A stretch of 64,000 bases of DNA from Kiritimatiellia bacterium (GTDB taxonomy: Bacteria > Verrucomicrobiota > Kiritimatiellia > RFP12 > DVOR01): NCBI GenBank assembly GCA_900771325.1, contig CAAGNN010000031.1, positions 4,326 through 68,325 of the forward strand. The letters run 5' to 3'. The notes under the pieces were generated by a model that saw only the letters and a program-made list of their open reading frames with translations, was not told the DNA's origin and searched no databases. The position numbers and the translations under genes are program-made. Below are positions 37,185-45,192 of the stretch, one piece after another. Every line of letters begins with the position of its first letter. Position 1 is the first letter of the stretch.

Positions 37185-37213
37185 TTGACTTTCGCGCGCC
37201 GCAGGGGTATACT
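37185..37213 (+). promoter_or_regulatory. Near-consensus sigma70 promoter (TTGACT, 17 nt, TATACT)
   Basis: 37185-37190 TTGACT, 37208-37213 TATACT. The predicted TSS at A37220 is exactly where conservation with the 56945 copy begins. Confidence 0.7.
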
Positions 37214-37219
37214 GTAGGT

Positions 37220-37475
37220 ACATAGTTTGATTCTGGCGATGTCCTAGACCTCTCGCCGTCTCAGACGCAGAAAGTTGCGTCACGCAACCTTTCGTCCAAA
37301 GGAAACGACCAATTTCACTGCACGGACGAAATGGCTGCGGAGACGCGCTGGGGTTATCCCCTGGCGTGTTTCCCCGTGCTGTTTTCGTGCAAGGCTTTGG
37401 TCGGCCTCCTTTGGAAACATCCGGCAGGAGACACGCCTTTTTGTCTCTCCTGCCCAACCCGCAGCCGCAAGGCTG
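37220..37475 (+). ncRNA. Structured 5' leader RNA, copy 1 (unassigned family)
   Basis: Nearly identical to 56945-57167 over the first ~76 nt, the apical region and the 3' box. Three helices carry compensatory substitutions between the copies (see findings). It ends with hairpins before the RBS gaaggag at 37483-37489. Confidence 0.6.
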
Positions 37476-37496
37476 CAACCGAGAAGGAGAACGACA

Positions 37497-38006
37497 ATGC
37501 AATATGTCCTTATATTAGACGGAGAGCCTAATACAGGAAAGACTAGCACGCTTTCCCTGTTAATTGACGAGATCGCAAGAATTACTAGCCACTCCCCTGA
37601 CCAAGAGTATGTCTGGGGCGGATCTGGGACGAACACGACTCTGCAACCTACTACTAATAATCCAACATCCACCAATACGGATAAATGCGTCTACTTCGAT
37701 CTTGGTCAGCAAAACACTATTCTCATCGCGACCTCTGGTGATACGCGAGAAAGAATAGAAGTCGTATTGGAGAAGGTCTTAGGGACACCTCCTGACCTAT
37801 CTCCAAGATTCTTGATTTTGGCCAGTTCGCACTCAGATCGTCAAAAGCATTATCGCTATATCCTAGATCGCCTCGAGAAAGAGGGTAAGATCCTGGGCGA
37901 AATTGAAGAGATAACGATGCTTGAGACAAAACGAAATCAAGGGAGTGCCACTGCCAATGTATCACGGATTATTGACTATTTAAGAAACCGTAATGTATCC
38001 ATCTAA
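37497..38006 (+). CDS. Small P-loop NTPase-like hypothetical protein (169 aa), AT-rich gene
   Basis: Walker A-like GEPNTGKTS near the N-terminus and ILIATSGD as a possible Walker B. 25 G+C in the 60 nt at 37501-37560. RBS gaaggag. Confidence 0.6.
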   Translation: MQYVLILDGEPNTGKTSTLSLLIDEIARITSHSPDQEYVWGGSGTNTTLQPTTNNPTSTNTDKCVYFDLGQQNTILIATSGDTRERIEVVLEKVLGTPPDLSPRFLILASSHSDRQKHYRYILDRLEKEGKILGEIEEITMLETKRNQGSATANVSRIIDYLRNRNVSI

Positions 38007-38155
38007 GAGTTTGTAATTCCAGACTCAAGGCACATCGTTTTAGAATGTAAGGTTATTCGTATAAGAATCTACGATGTTAATTATTTCGTTTCTTGAGTAA
38101 TCTTACGCTGAGACGATGTGCTCGTATTGTGAACGCCTAGATGCAGGAGATTGTT

Positions 38156-39394
38156 ATGAAGTTGTACAGATTACTCATTCTAGTAGGATTGGTTACGCCT
38201 GTAATACACGCAGACACTTGGACGGATCCTCAGACGGGTATTAACTGGCGGTACACTCTTTCCAATGGAACCGTTGCAATTGGCGAAGGATTGGATCCTT
38301 TATGTACAGCTATAGCCCCCTCCTATGCAGGGTCTCTCTCCATTCCCACCTCCATCAATGGAACCACTGTGGGTAAATTAAGCGATTACGCATTCCTCGG
38401 CTGCACATCGGTAACCGCTGTGACTATTCCAGAGGGAGTTACCTCCATTGGATTGGCAACCTTTCACAGTTGTAGATCGCTAGCCTCTGTGACTATTCCA
38501 GAGGGCGTAACCTCCATTGGAGAGGTAGCCTTCTCCGGCTGCTCGTCTCTGATCTCTGTGGTTATCCCCGAGAGCGTTACCACTATTGGCTCCGGAGCCT
38601 TTGACAATACATACTGCAAACTTATTTTTACTGGGCGACCACCGAGCGAGGGCTTAAGTGAGATTACAATCGAAAGGATAGAGTATCCGGAGGAATACAC
38701 AACAATTTGGGAGCGGGCGCTATTCTTAGCGTGTCAACCAAGTACTGTGTCGGTGCGTGCAGAAATGACGACCCCCAAGACAATGAAGGTAACCTACAAG
38801 GTCAATAGTCTGTTCTCGCGTGCAAAGGTGCGGGCCGTTGCGTGGAAGGATGGCGTGCGTTCTTTTGCCAATATCGTTCCCGTCAAGACTGCGGCGGAGG
38901 GGTCTCAGGAAGCGGTGCCGAATGGTGAAGCGGTGACAACTGGCGTGGAACATACCTTCATTTGGCAAGTGTCTGATGATTGGAGTATTGACTTGGCGAA
39001 AGTTGCCGTAGAGGTGCTGGCCGAGGAGGCCGGGCTACTTCCGCAGGACCTTGTGACCATTCCGGCAACAGAGACGCACGCAAAGATGACTTTCACAGTC
39101 AATACACCTACCACCGCGCAACTCTTCAACGCACTCGTCTGGTACTATGCCGATGGCGACTCTGCGCTCACGGTCTCAAATGGCGTAGTGAGAATCAATG
39201 GCACGCAGGTGGTTAGCGGTTCATCGCTCAGCACATCAACGACCAATGCAACGGCCTTGCTGAATTATCTCTACGGTAAACTGGGTTACAAGGTGCTTTC
39301 GGGTAGCGATTTGTCCTACGCAAAAGCAATGACACGCCTGTCGTTGTCGAATAGCGGTCTCACCCAACTGTCAGTCAAGATTTCGGAGGAGTGA
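38156..39394 (+). CDS. BspA-type LRR surface protein with unknown C-terminal domain
   Basis: AGGAG lies 6 nt before ATG 38156 (MKLYRLLILVGLVTPVIHA is signal-like), so the track start 38141 is less likely. LRR_5-type repeats are present (VTIPEGVTSIGxxxFxxCxSL). Confidence 0.8.
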   Translation: MKLYRLLILVGLVTPVIHADTWTDPQTGINWRYTLSNGTVAIGEGLDPLCTAIAPSYAGSLSIPTSINGTTVGKLSDYAFLGCTSVTAVTIPEGVTSIGLATFHSCRSLASVTIPEGVTSIGEVAFSGCSSLISVVIPESVTTIGSGAFDNTYCKLIFTGRPPSEGLSEITIERIEYPEEYTTIWERALFLACQPSTVSVRAEMTTPKTMKVTYKVNSLFSRAKVRAVAWKDGVRSFANIVPVKTAAEGSQEAVPNGEAVTTGVEHTFIWQVSDDWSIDLAKVAVEVLAEEAGLLPQDLVTIPATETHAKMTFTVNTPTTAQLFNALVWYYADGDSALTVSNGVVRINGTQVVSGSSLSTSTTNATALLNYLYGKLGYKVLSGSDLSYAKAMTRLSLSNSGLTQLSVKISEE

Positions 39395-39396
39395 GG

Positions 39397-42300
39397 ATGA
39401 AGCGGGCGCGGATGAAAGCGCCGTGGCTTCTGCTCGCTGCTTTGGGATGGGCGCTTTTAGGGAGCGCAGCAACGGTCACGGTAAAACAGGTCGATTCGCT
39501 AGGGAATACCCTGGCGGCAGCCGAATACGCCTCGACGGATACGCTCTTTGCCTCCGTGACGGCACCGGCGAGGTCTGGCTATCGCTTTGTCTACTGGAAG
39601 ATTGACCCCGCCCTCTCGACCTTTGTCAATCGAGATCTCTGGGGGCGCGCGCTGGATGCAGTCTCCGTTATCCCCAAGGATAGCGTGACCACGCTAACGG
39701 CGGTCTATCTACCAGCCTCGACAGACGAGGATAGCGATGGCGTGGCCGATGGCGAGGAGCTCTATTGGTATGGCTCGCTGGAGAACAATGCGGAGAGCGA
39801 TACCGATGGCGATGGTCTCACCTTTGCCGAAGAGTTGCAGTTTGGCCTCAATCCGCACTTCTCCAATGCCCTCAACCTCGGTGGCGTGGTCTACGGCGAC
39901 AGTTCGACCTTGCTCTATAACCCCAACGAATATGATAACCCCAACGAATATGTCCCCTACACCCTGCGCTCCGAGCCGGAGGGAAAACTCTTTGCTACGC
40001 AAACAGCCTATGTCACGCCTGGCACTTCAGTGACTACAAAGCGTTATTCGCCCACTGGGTCCACCTTCGCCTACTGGACAGTTGAAGGTGTGCGGCAAGC
40101 GGATTGCTTTGGACGCGCCCTAGAGGCCGTCACCTTTACCGTAGGCACTGAGGCGATGGAGGTGGTGGCGCATTGCATTGAGGATGACAACGAGCGCCAA
40201 ATGTACTATTGGTATGGCAGGGTCCTCTCTCCTGACGAGGACACTGACGGCGACGGCTTCTCCTTCGCCGAGGAAATGCAGTTTGGTCTGAACCCCCACT
40301 TCCCCAACACCCTTAAGTTGGGTGGCGTGGTCTATGGCAATGGCCCCACGCTTCTCTATAATCCCAACGAATACTCGCCCTACACCATCCAGTCCGAGCC
40401 TGCGGGTGTCTTCACGACCCAGTCCGGTTACCTCCGCCCGGGCGAGACGAAGACAACCACCTCTTACGCTACTAACGGCTCGTTCGCCTACTGGGATCTC
40501 AATGGCGTACGCCGAGCGGATAGCCTTGGGCGCGCACTTGACAGCATCACCCTCGTGGGCAACGGCTCGGCTGAGACCTCGCTGGTGGCCACGGCACACT
40601 TTATTGCCGATAACGAGGAAGCCCGGGCGATTGCCTATTGGTATGGCGACCGGCCCGACCTCACACTCGAGAGCGACACCGATGGCGATGGCTACACCCT
40701 GGCCGAGGAGTTGCAGTTTGGCCTGAACCCGCTCTTCCCCAACGCCCTTAAGTTGGGCGGCGTGGTCTATGGCGACGGCCCCGCGCTGGAAACGAACCTT
40801 CAGCCCTTCGATATGGCCGCCAAGGCCTTGGTCGGCGGCTCGCTGACCAACCTTTTCGCTGTCTCCGACACACTCCATGGCGGCTTCACCGGCGGGCGCG
40901 ACTTTGGCGGAGCCGTCTCCCCGGCGGTTTTCGACACGGAGGGCAACGGCCTCTTCGACTGCCTGTTTTATGCCAACGGCACCCTCACGCTCTACCGCAA
41001 CATCGGCCAAGTCGGCGCGCCGGACTTCGCGGTCACGGAAAACGCCTATCCCCTCCTCGCCGATCGCCTCGCCACGATGGCGCGCCCGCTCCTCTGCGGC
41101 GGTACCAATGAGACCGGCCCCGAACTTCGCTTCTGCGACGATGGCGGCCCCATCTTCGCCTACGACTGCACCACCAATGTCATCACCGAGACCGGCCTCA
41201 CCGGCTGGCCCGTGTGGTCCGCCCTGGACGGCTGGGGCACCTTCGATGGCACCACGCTGCGCCTCAGCGCCGGCACCGCCGACTGCGATAGCGCTCCTAC
41301 CTCCGTGACCGCCGCCGCACTCTTGGAAGCCACCGGCGACAACACCGCCGACCTCCTTGTGGCCGACGCCGAGGGGCGCATCAGCCTCTACCAGCGCTCC
41401 GCCGCCGGCCTCACCCTCAAGCACCGCATCTGGGGCGGCACCTACGTGGGCTTCGCCCAAGGTCTCACCCTCGCACCGGTCGACTGGGAGGGCGATGGAG
41501 ACGGCGATATGCTCGCCGGCACCGCCGATGGTCACCTCCTGCTCCTCACCGACCCTGGCGTCGGCCGTCCCACCAACCTAACCGCCACCGCCGGCTACGA
41601 CAATGTCCTCCTCGCCTGGGACCCGAACGCCCAGTCGCGCGTCTGCGGCTACAATGTCTACCGTGCCCAAACGGCGGACTTTGCGCGCATTGCTGAGGCA
41701 CCCCTGCCCACCTATCGCGATTACCCGCCCGCAATCGCCACCTGGCTCTACCGTGTGACGACTCTCTCGCGCCTCTGGAAGGCCGGCAACTCCACCCCCG
41801 AGACCTTCGAGAGCGCCCCCTCGGAGATCGTCAGCGCGACCCTGGGTGGTGTCTGCCTCTCGGTGATGCCCGAGATCACCACCTACGATAATGCCGAGAT
41901 TGCCTGGGCCATCTCCATCGATAACACCCAGGGTCTCGCCGCCCAAGGCTTCGCGATGACCTTCACCTACCCCGAGGGACTCGTCGAGCCGCTGGACTTC
42001 ACCTGCACGGCCCTGACCGAGGGCCTTACCCTCACCTCCGAGGCCGCCTCAGGCACCTGGTGCCTCGCGGCCACAGACGGCACCTTCGCCCCCGGCGGCG
42101 GCCCCCTCTTCTCGCTACGCTTCAAGGTCCCGGCTGGGGCTATCGGCACCGGCACCCTCGCCGTCACCGAGGCCACCTTCACCGCCACCGATGGTCGCCC
42201 CGTGGCCACCAACACGCTGCCGATTACCACCGCGCTCACCATCCAGGCGCGGCCGGTGCCCGCGCAGGTCGCCCTCACAATGGCCGACCAGGAGGTCGAG

Positions 42301-45180
42301 ACCCTCGCAACCGTCGAGGTGCCCGTCGAGGTGACGACCTCGGGCGACATCGATTGGGAGAGCCTCACCCTCACGCCCACCTTCGATGCCGCCAAGCTCA
42401 CCCTACTCTCGGCCACTCCGCCCACCCAGGAGAGCCCGCAGGCCCTTTATACCTTCCAGGTCCTTGAGCAACACGGCAGCGACATCTTTGCCGATCTCAC
42501 CGTCTCTGGCTCGGCCACCAGCGCCAACGGCCTCCCGGCCATCGTCACCAGCGCCGCTTGCCGCCTCCTGATTACCGACAGCAACCCACCCCAGCCGGCC
42601 AATATCAGTTTGACCCTGCCCCAAATCCAGGAGACCACCGCCGGTGCCTCCTTCACGCTCGCGGTCGATGTCACCGCCGACGCGCCGCTCATCTGGGAGA
42701 GTCTGCAACTCACCCCGGACTTCGACAGCGCTTACTTCGCCCTGCTCGGCTCCACCGCCCCCACCGAAGCTTCGCCGCGTGCCACCTACACCTTCCAGGT
42801 CAACCGCCTGACCGGCGATGACTTCTCCACGGCCATCGCCATCTCCGGCAGCGCGGAGAGTGCCAATGGCTTGCCGGCGACGGTGACAGGGTGCAGTTGC
42901 CAGGTGCGGATTACGACCCTCAAACCCTCGTCGGTGGCGCTGAGTCTGCCCGCGTCGATGGCCGTCGCGGCCAACACCACCTTCACCGTGCGCGCCGATC
43001 TCGCCCCGAGCGGGGAGATTGACTGGGCAAGCGTCTCCCTGATGCCGGCCTTTGACAGCGGGAAACTCGCCTTCGTCTCGGCCACCACCCCCTCGGCGAG
43101 CGCCCCCTATGTGGACCTCACCTTCCGCGTGGCGGCCCTGACCGGGGCCGACCACACGACGACCCTCTCGCTCACCGGCACGGCCACGAGCGCCAACGGC
43201 CTCCCGGCGACAGTCAGCACAGCCTCCAGCACCCTAGCCATTACCACCCTCAAGCCCGCCACCGTGAAGCTGGCCACGAGCGCCTCCCTCTCGGCCGTTG
43301 CCGGAACGCGCATCTCGCTACCGGTCACCCTCACCGTCACCGATGAGATTGACTGGTCCAGCGTCCAGCTGACCCCGAGTTATGATGCCACGAAGATGAC
43401 CTTCGTCTCGGCCACGGCCCCTACGGCCGCCAACCCCAAGGCCACCTTGACCTTCGACATCGTGCGCCTGACCGGAGCCGACCTCACCTCCTCCATCGCC
43501 CTCTCCGGCAGCGCGACGAGTGCCAATGGCTTGCCGGCGACGGTGACGGGAAGCAGTTGCCAGGTGCGGATTACGACCCTCAAACCCTCGTCGGTGGCGC
43601 TGAGTCTACCCGCGTCGGTGGCCGTTGCGGCCAACACCACCTTCACGGTGCGCGCCGACCTCGCCCCGAGTGGAGAGATTGACTGGGCAAGCGTCTCCCT
43701 GACGCCGGCCTTCGACAGTGGGAAACTCTCCTTCGTCTCGGCCACAACGCCCTCGGCAAGCGCCCCCTATGTGGACCTCACCTTCCGCGTGGCCGCCCTG
43801 ACCGGGGCCGACCACACGACGACCCTCTCGCTCACCGGCACGGCCACGAGCGCTAATGGCCTCCCGGCAACGGTCAGCACAGCCTCCAGCACCCTGGCCA
43901 TTACCACCCTCAAGCCCGCCACCGTGAAACTGGCTACGAGCGCCTCCCTCTCGGCCGTTGCCGGAACGCGTATCTCGCTGCCGGTCACCCTCACCGTCAC
44001 CGGCGAGATCGACTGGTCCAGCGTCCAGCTGACCCCGAGCTATGACGCCACAAAGATGACCTTCGTCTCGGCCACGGCCCCCACGGCCGCCAACCCCAAG
44101 GCCACCTTGACCTTCGACATCAAGCGCCTGACCGGGGCCGACCTCACCTCCTCCATCGCCCTCTCCGGCAGCGCGGTGAGTGCCAATGGGCTTCCGGCGA
44201 CGGTGACGGGGAGTAGTTGCCAGGTGCGGATTACGACCCTCAAGCCCTCGTCGGTGAAGCTGAGTCTGCCCAGTAGCGTTGCGGTCACGGCGAGCACCAC
44301 CTTCACCGTGCGCGTGAGTCTGACCCAGAGCGGCGGCATCAATTGGTCGAGCGTGAGCCTCAAGCGCACCTTCGATGCCAGCAAGCTGACCTTCGTCTCG
44401 GCCACCACGCCCTCGGCGAGTGCCCCCTATGTGGATATGACCTTCCGCGTGGCGGCCCTGACCGGTGCCGACCATTCGACGAAGCTCTCGGTGACCGGCA
44501 CAGCCACCAGCACCAATGGTCTGGCGGCAACCGTTGGCACCGCTTCCACCAGCCTAAACATCACCACGCTTAAGCCCTCCAAGGTCTCGCTGACGATGCA
44601 GAACGCTTCGGCCAAGACATTGAGCTCGGTGAATGTGACCGTCCAGGTCAGCGTGTCGGGCGGGATTAACTGGTCGACCTTGGCGCTGACACCGAGCTAC
44701 GACAAGGCAAAGTTGACCCTGACGGGGACGAAGGCCGCAACGGCCGCCTCGCCGCAGGTGGTCTACACCTTCAAGGTCCTGGAACAGCACGGCGAGAACC
44801 TCTTTGCCGACATCTCGGTGACGGGGAAGGCCACCAGCAGCAACGGCCTGGCGGCGACGGTTGCCGGAGCCTCGTGCCGGCTGACGATTACCGACAGCAA
44901 TCCGCCGGTCGACCCAACCGTGGTGCCACCGTGGACGAATGGCGACTGCAATGGCGATGGGCGCCTGAGCTGGAATGACTATGACTTGGCCCATCAACGG
45001 GTGAGCCGTTGTCACCGCAAGACGCGGCCAGAGAACCATTCGGCAACAGACTTGAAAATCCACACCTCGGTCTGTCAGGCTTTGGGGATTGCGGAATCGG
45101 CGTTGAATACGAGCACCTATCCGGCCCAGTTGACGGCCTTGTATTATTACTTTGAGGCCAAGTGCGGACCCAAGCCCTAA
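39397..45180 (+). CDS. Giant scaffoldin-like surface protein: three DxDxDG/QFGLNP modules, FG-GAP-like region, FN3, about nine cohesin-like modules, dockerin-like C-terminal segment
   Basis: Signal peptide MKRARMKAPWLLLAALGWALLGSA, with an alternative GTG start at 39391. DTDGDGLTFAEELQFGLNPHF occurs three times. FN3-like PTNLTATAGYDNVLLAWDPN..YNVYR. A ~135-aa cohesin-like module (AWAISIDNTQGLAAQGFAMTFTYPEGL) is followed by eight ~110-aa modules (..IDWxSVxLTPxFDxxKLxFVSAT..SANGLPATV). The C-terminus has NGDCNGDGRLSWNDYDL (dockerin/EF-hand-like). Confidence 0.85.
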   Translation: MKRARMKAPWLLLAALGWALLGSAATVTVKQVDSLGNTLAAAEYASTDTLFASVTAPARSGYRFVYWKIDPALSTFVNRDLWGRALDAVSVIPKDSVTTLTAVYLPASTDEDSDGVADGEELYWYGSLENNAESDTDGDGLTFAEELQFGLNPHFSNALNLGGVVYGDSSTLLYNPNEYDNPNEYVPYTLRSEPEGKLFATQTAYVTPGTSVTTKRYSPTGSTFAYWTVEGVRQADCFGRALEAVTFTVGTEAMEVVAHCIEDDNERQMYYWYGRVLSPDEDTDGDGFSFAEEMQFGLNPHFPNTLKLGGVVYGNGPTLLYNPNEYSPYTIQSEPAGVFTTQSGYLRPGETKTTTSYATNGSFAYWDLNGVRRADSLGRALDSITLVGNGSAETSLVATAHFIADNEEARAIAYWYGDRPDLTLESDTDGDGYTLAEELQFGLNPLFPNALKLGGVVYGDGPALETNLQPFDMAAKALVGGSLTNLFAVSDTLHGGFTGGRDFGGAVSPAVFDTEGNGLFDCLFYANGTLTLYRNIGQVGAPDFAVTENAYPLLADRLATMARPLLCGGTNETGPELRFCDDGGPIFAYDCTTNVITETGLTGWPVWSALDGWGTFDGTTLRLSAGTADCDSAPTSVTAAALLEATGDNTADLLVADAEGRISLYQRSAAGLTLKHRIWGGTYVGFAQGLTLAPVDWEGDGDGDMLAGTADGHLLLLTDPGVGRPTNLTATAGYDNVLLAWDPNAQSRVCGYNVYRAQTADFARIAEAPLPTYRDYPPAIATWLYRVTTLSRLWKAGNSTPETFESAPSEIVSATLGGVCLSVMPEITTYDNAEIAWAISIDNTQGLAAQGFAMTFTYPEGLVEPLDFTCTALTEGLTLTSEAASGTWCLAATDGTFAPGGGPLFSLRFKVPAGAIGTGTLAVTEATFTATDGRPVATNTLPITTALTIQARPVPAQVALTMADQEVETLATVEVPVEVTTSGDIDWESLTLTPTFDAAKLTLLSATPPTQESPQALYTFQVLEQHGSDIFADLTVSGSATSANGLPAIVTSAACRLLITDSNPPQPANISLTLPQIQETTAGASFTLAVDVTADAPLIWESLQLTPDFDSAYFALLGSTAPTEASPRATYTFQVNRLTGDDFSTAIAISGSAESANGLPATVTGCSCQVRITTLKPSSVALSLPASMAVAANTTFTVRADLAPSGEIDWASVSLMPAFDSGKLAFVSATTPSASAPYVDLTFRVAALTGADHTTTLSLTGTATSANGLPATVSTASSTLAITTLKPATVKLATSASLSAVAGTRISLPVTLTVTDEIDWSSVQLTPSYDATKMTFVSATAPTAANPKATLTFDIVRLTGADLTSSIALSGSATSANGLPATVTGSSCQVRITTLKPSSVALSLPASVAVAANTTFTVRADLAPSGEIDWASVSLTPAFDSGKLSFVSATTPSASAPYVDLTFRVAALTGADHTTTLSLTGTATSANGLPATVSTASSTLAITTLKPATVKLATSASLSAVAGTRISLPVTLTVTGEIDWSSVQLTPSYDATKMTFVSATAPTAANPKATLTFDIKRLTGADLTSSIALSGSAVSANGLPATVTGSSCQVRITTLKPSSVKLSLPSSVAVTASTTFTVRVSLTQSGGINWSSVSLKRTFDASKLTFVSATTPSASAPYVDMTFRVAALTGADHSTKLSVTGTATSTNGLAATVGTASTSLNITTLKPSKVSLTMQNASAKTLSSVNVTVQVSVSGGINWSTLALTPSYDKAKLTLTGTKAATAASPQVVYTFKVLEQHGENLFADISVTGKATSSNGLAATVAGASCRLTITDSNPPVDPTVVPPWTNGDCNGDGRLSWNDYDLAHQRVSRCHRKTRPENHSATDLKIHTSVCQALGIAESALNTSTYPAQLTALYYYFEAKCGPKP
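42841..44160 (+). repeat. Two near-identical 660-bp tandem units (each encoding two cohesin-like modules) inside the scaffoldin gene, with a diverged third unit from 44161
   Basis: Landmark cagttgccaggtgcggattacgaccctcaa recurs at 42894, 43554 and, slightly diverged (tagttgccaggtgcggattacgaccctcaag), at 44214, an exact 660-nt period. Shadow ORFs 43107..43340 and 43767..44000 translate almost identically. Confidence 0.9.
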
Positions 45181-45192
45181 GAGGAGAGCCCA

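Noticed and set aside
37220-37245. Resemblance of the leader 5' end (ATAGTTTGATTCTGGCGATG) to the 16S rRNA 5' end/27F primer site (AGAGTTTGATCMTGGCTCAG)
   Set aside because: About 14-15 of 20 nt match, and similarity stops immediately afterwards. No other rRNA-like sequence follows, so it is most likely coincidental and is not an rRNA gene or fragment.
37131-37502. Protein-coding interpretation of the conserved leaders (37275.. and 57000.. + frames beginning MRHATFR; 37131..37502(-) and 56868..57620(-) sharing RTKGCVTQL.ASETARGLGHRQNQTM)
   Set aside because: Amino-acid similarity exists only where the DNA is identical. In the variable segment the substitutions preserve base pairing rather than a reading frame. 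No RBS is present, and the + frames run straight through the promoter-proximal region into downstream genes that have their own RBS.
40120-44475. Minus ORFs 40120..41535, 42403..43155 and 43606..44475, and many short ORFs inside the scaffoldin gene
   Set aside because: They are antisense or off-frame to a continuous 1,927-codon ORF with a signal peptide and modular repeats. Their own repeats merely mirror the DNA repeats.
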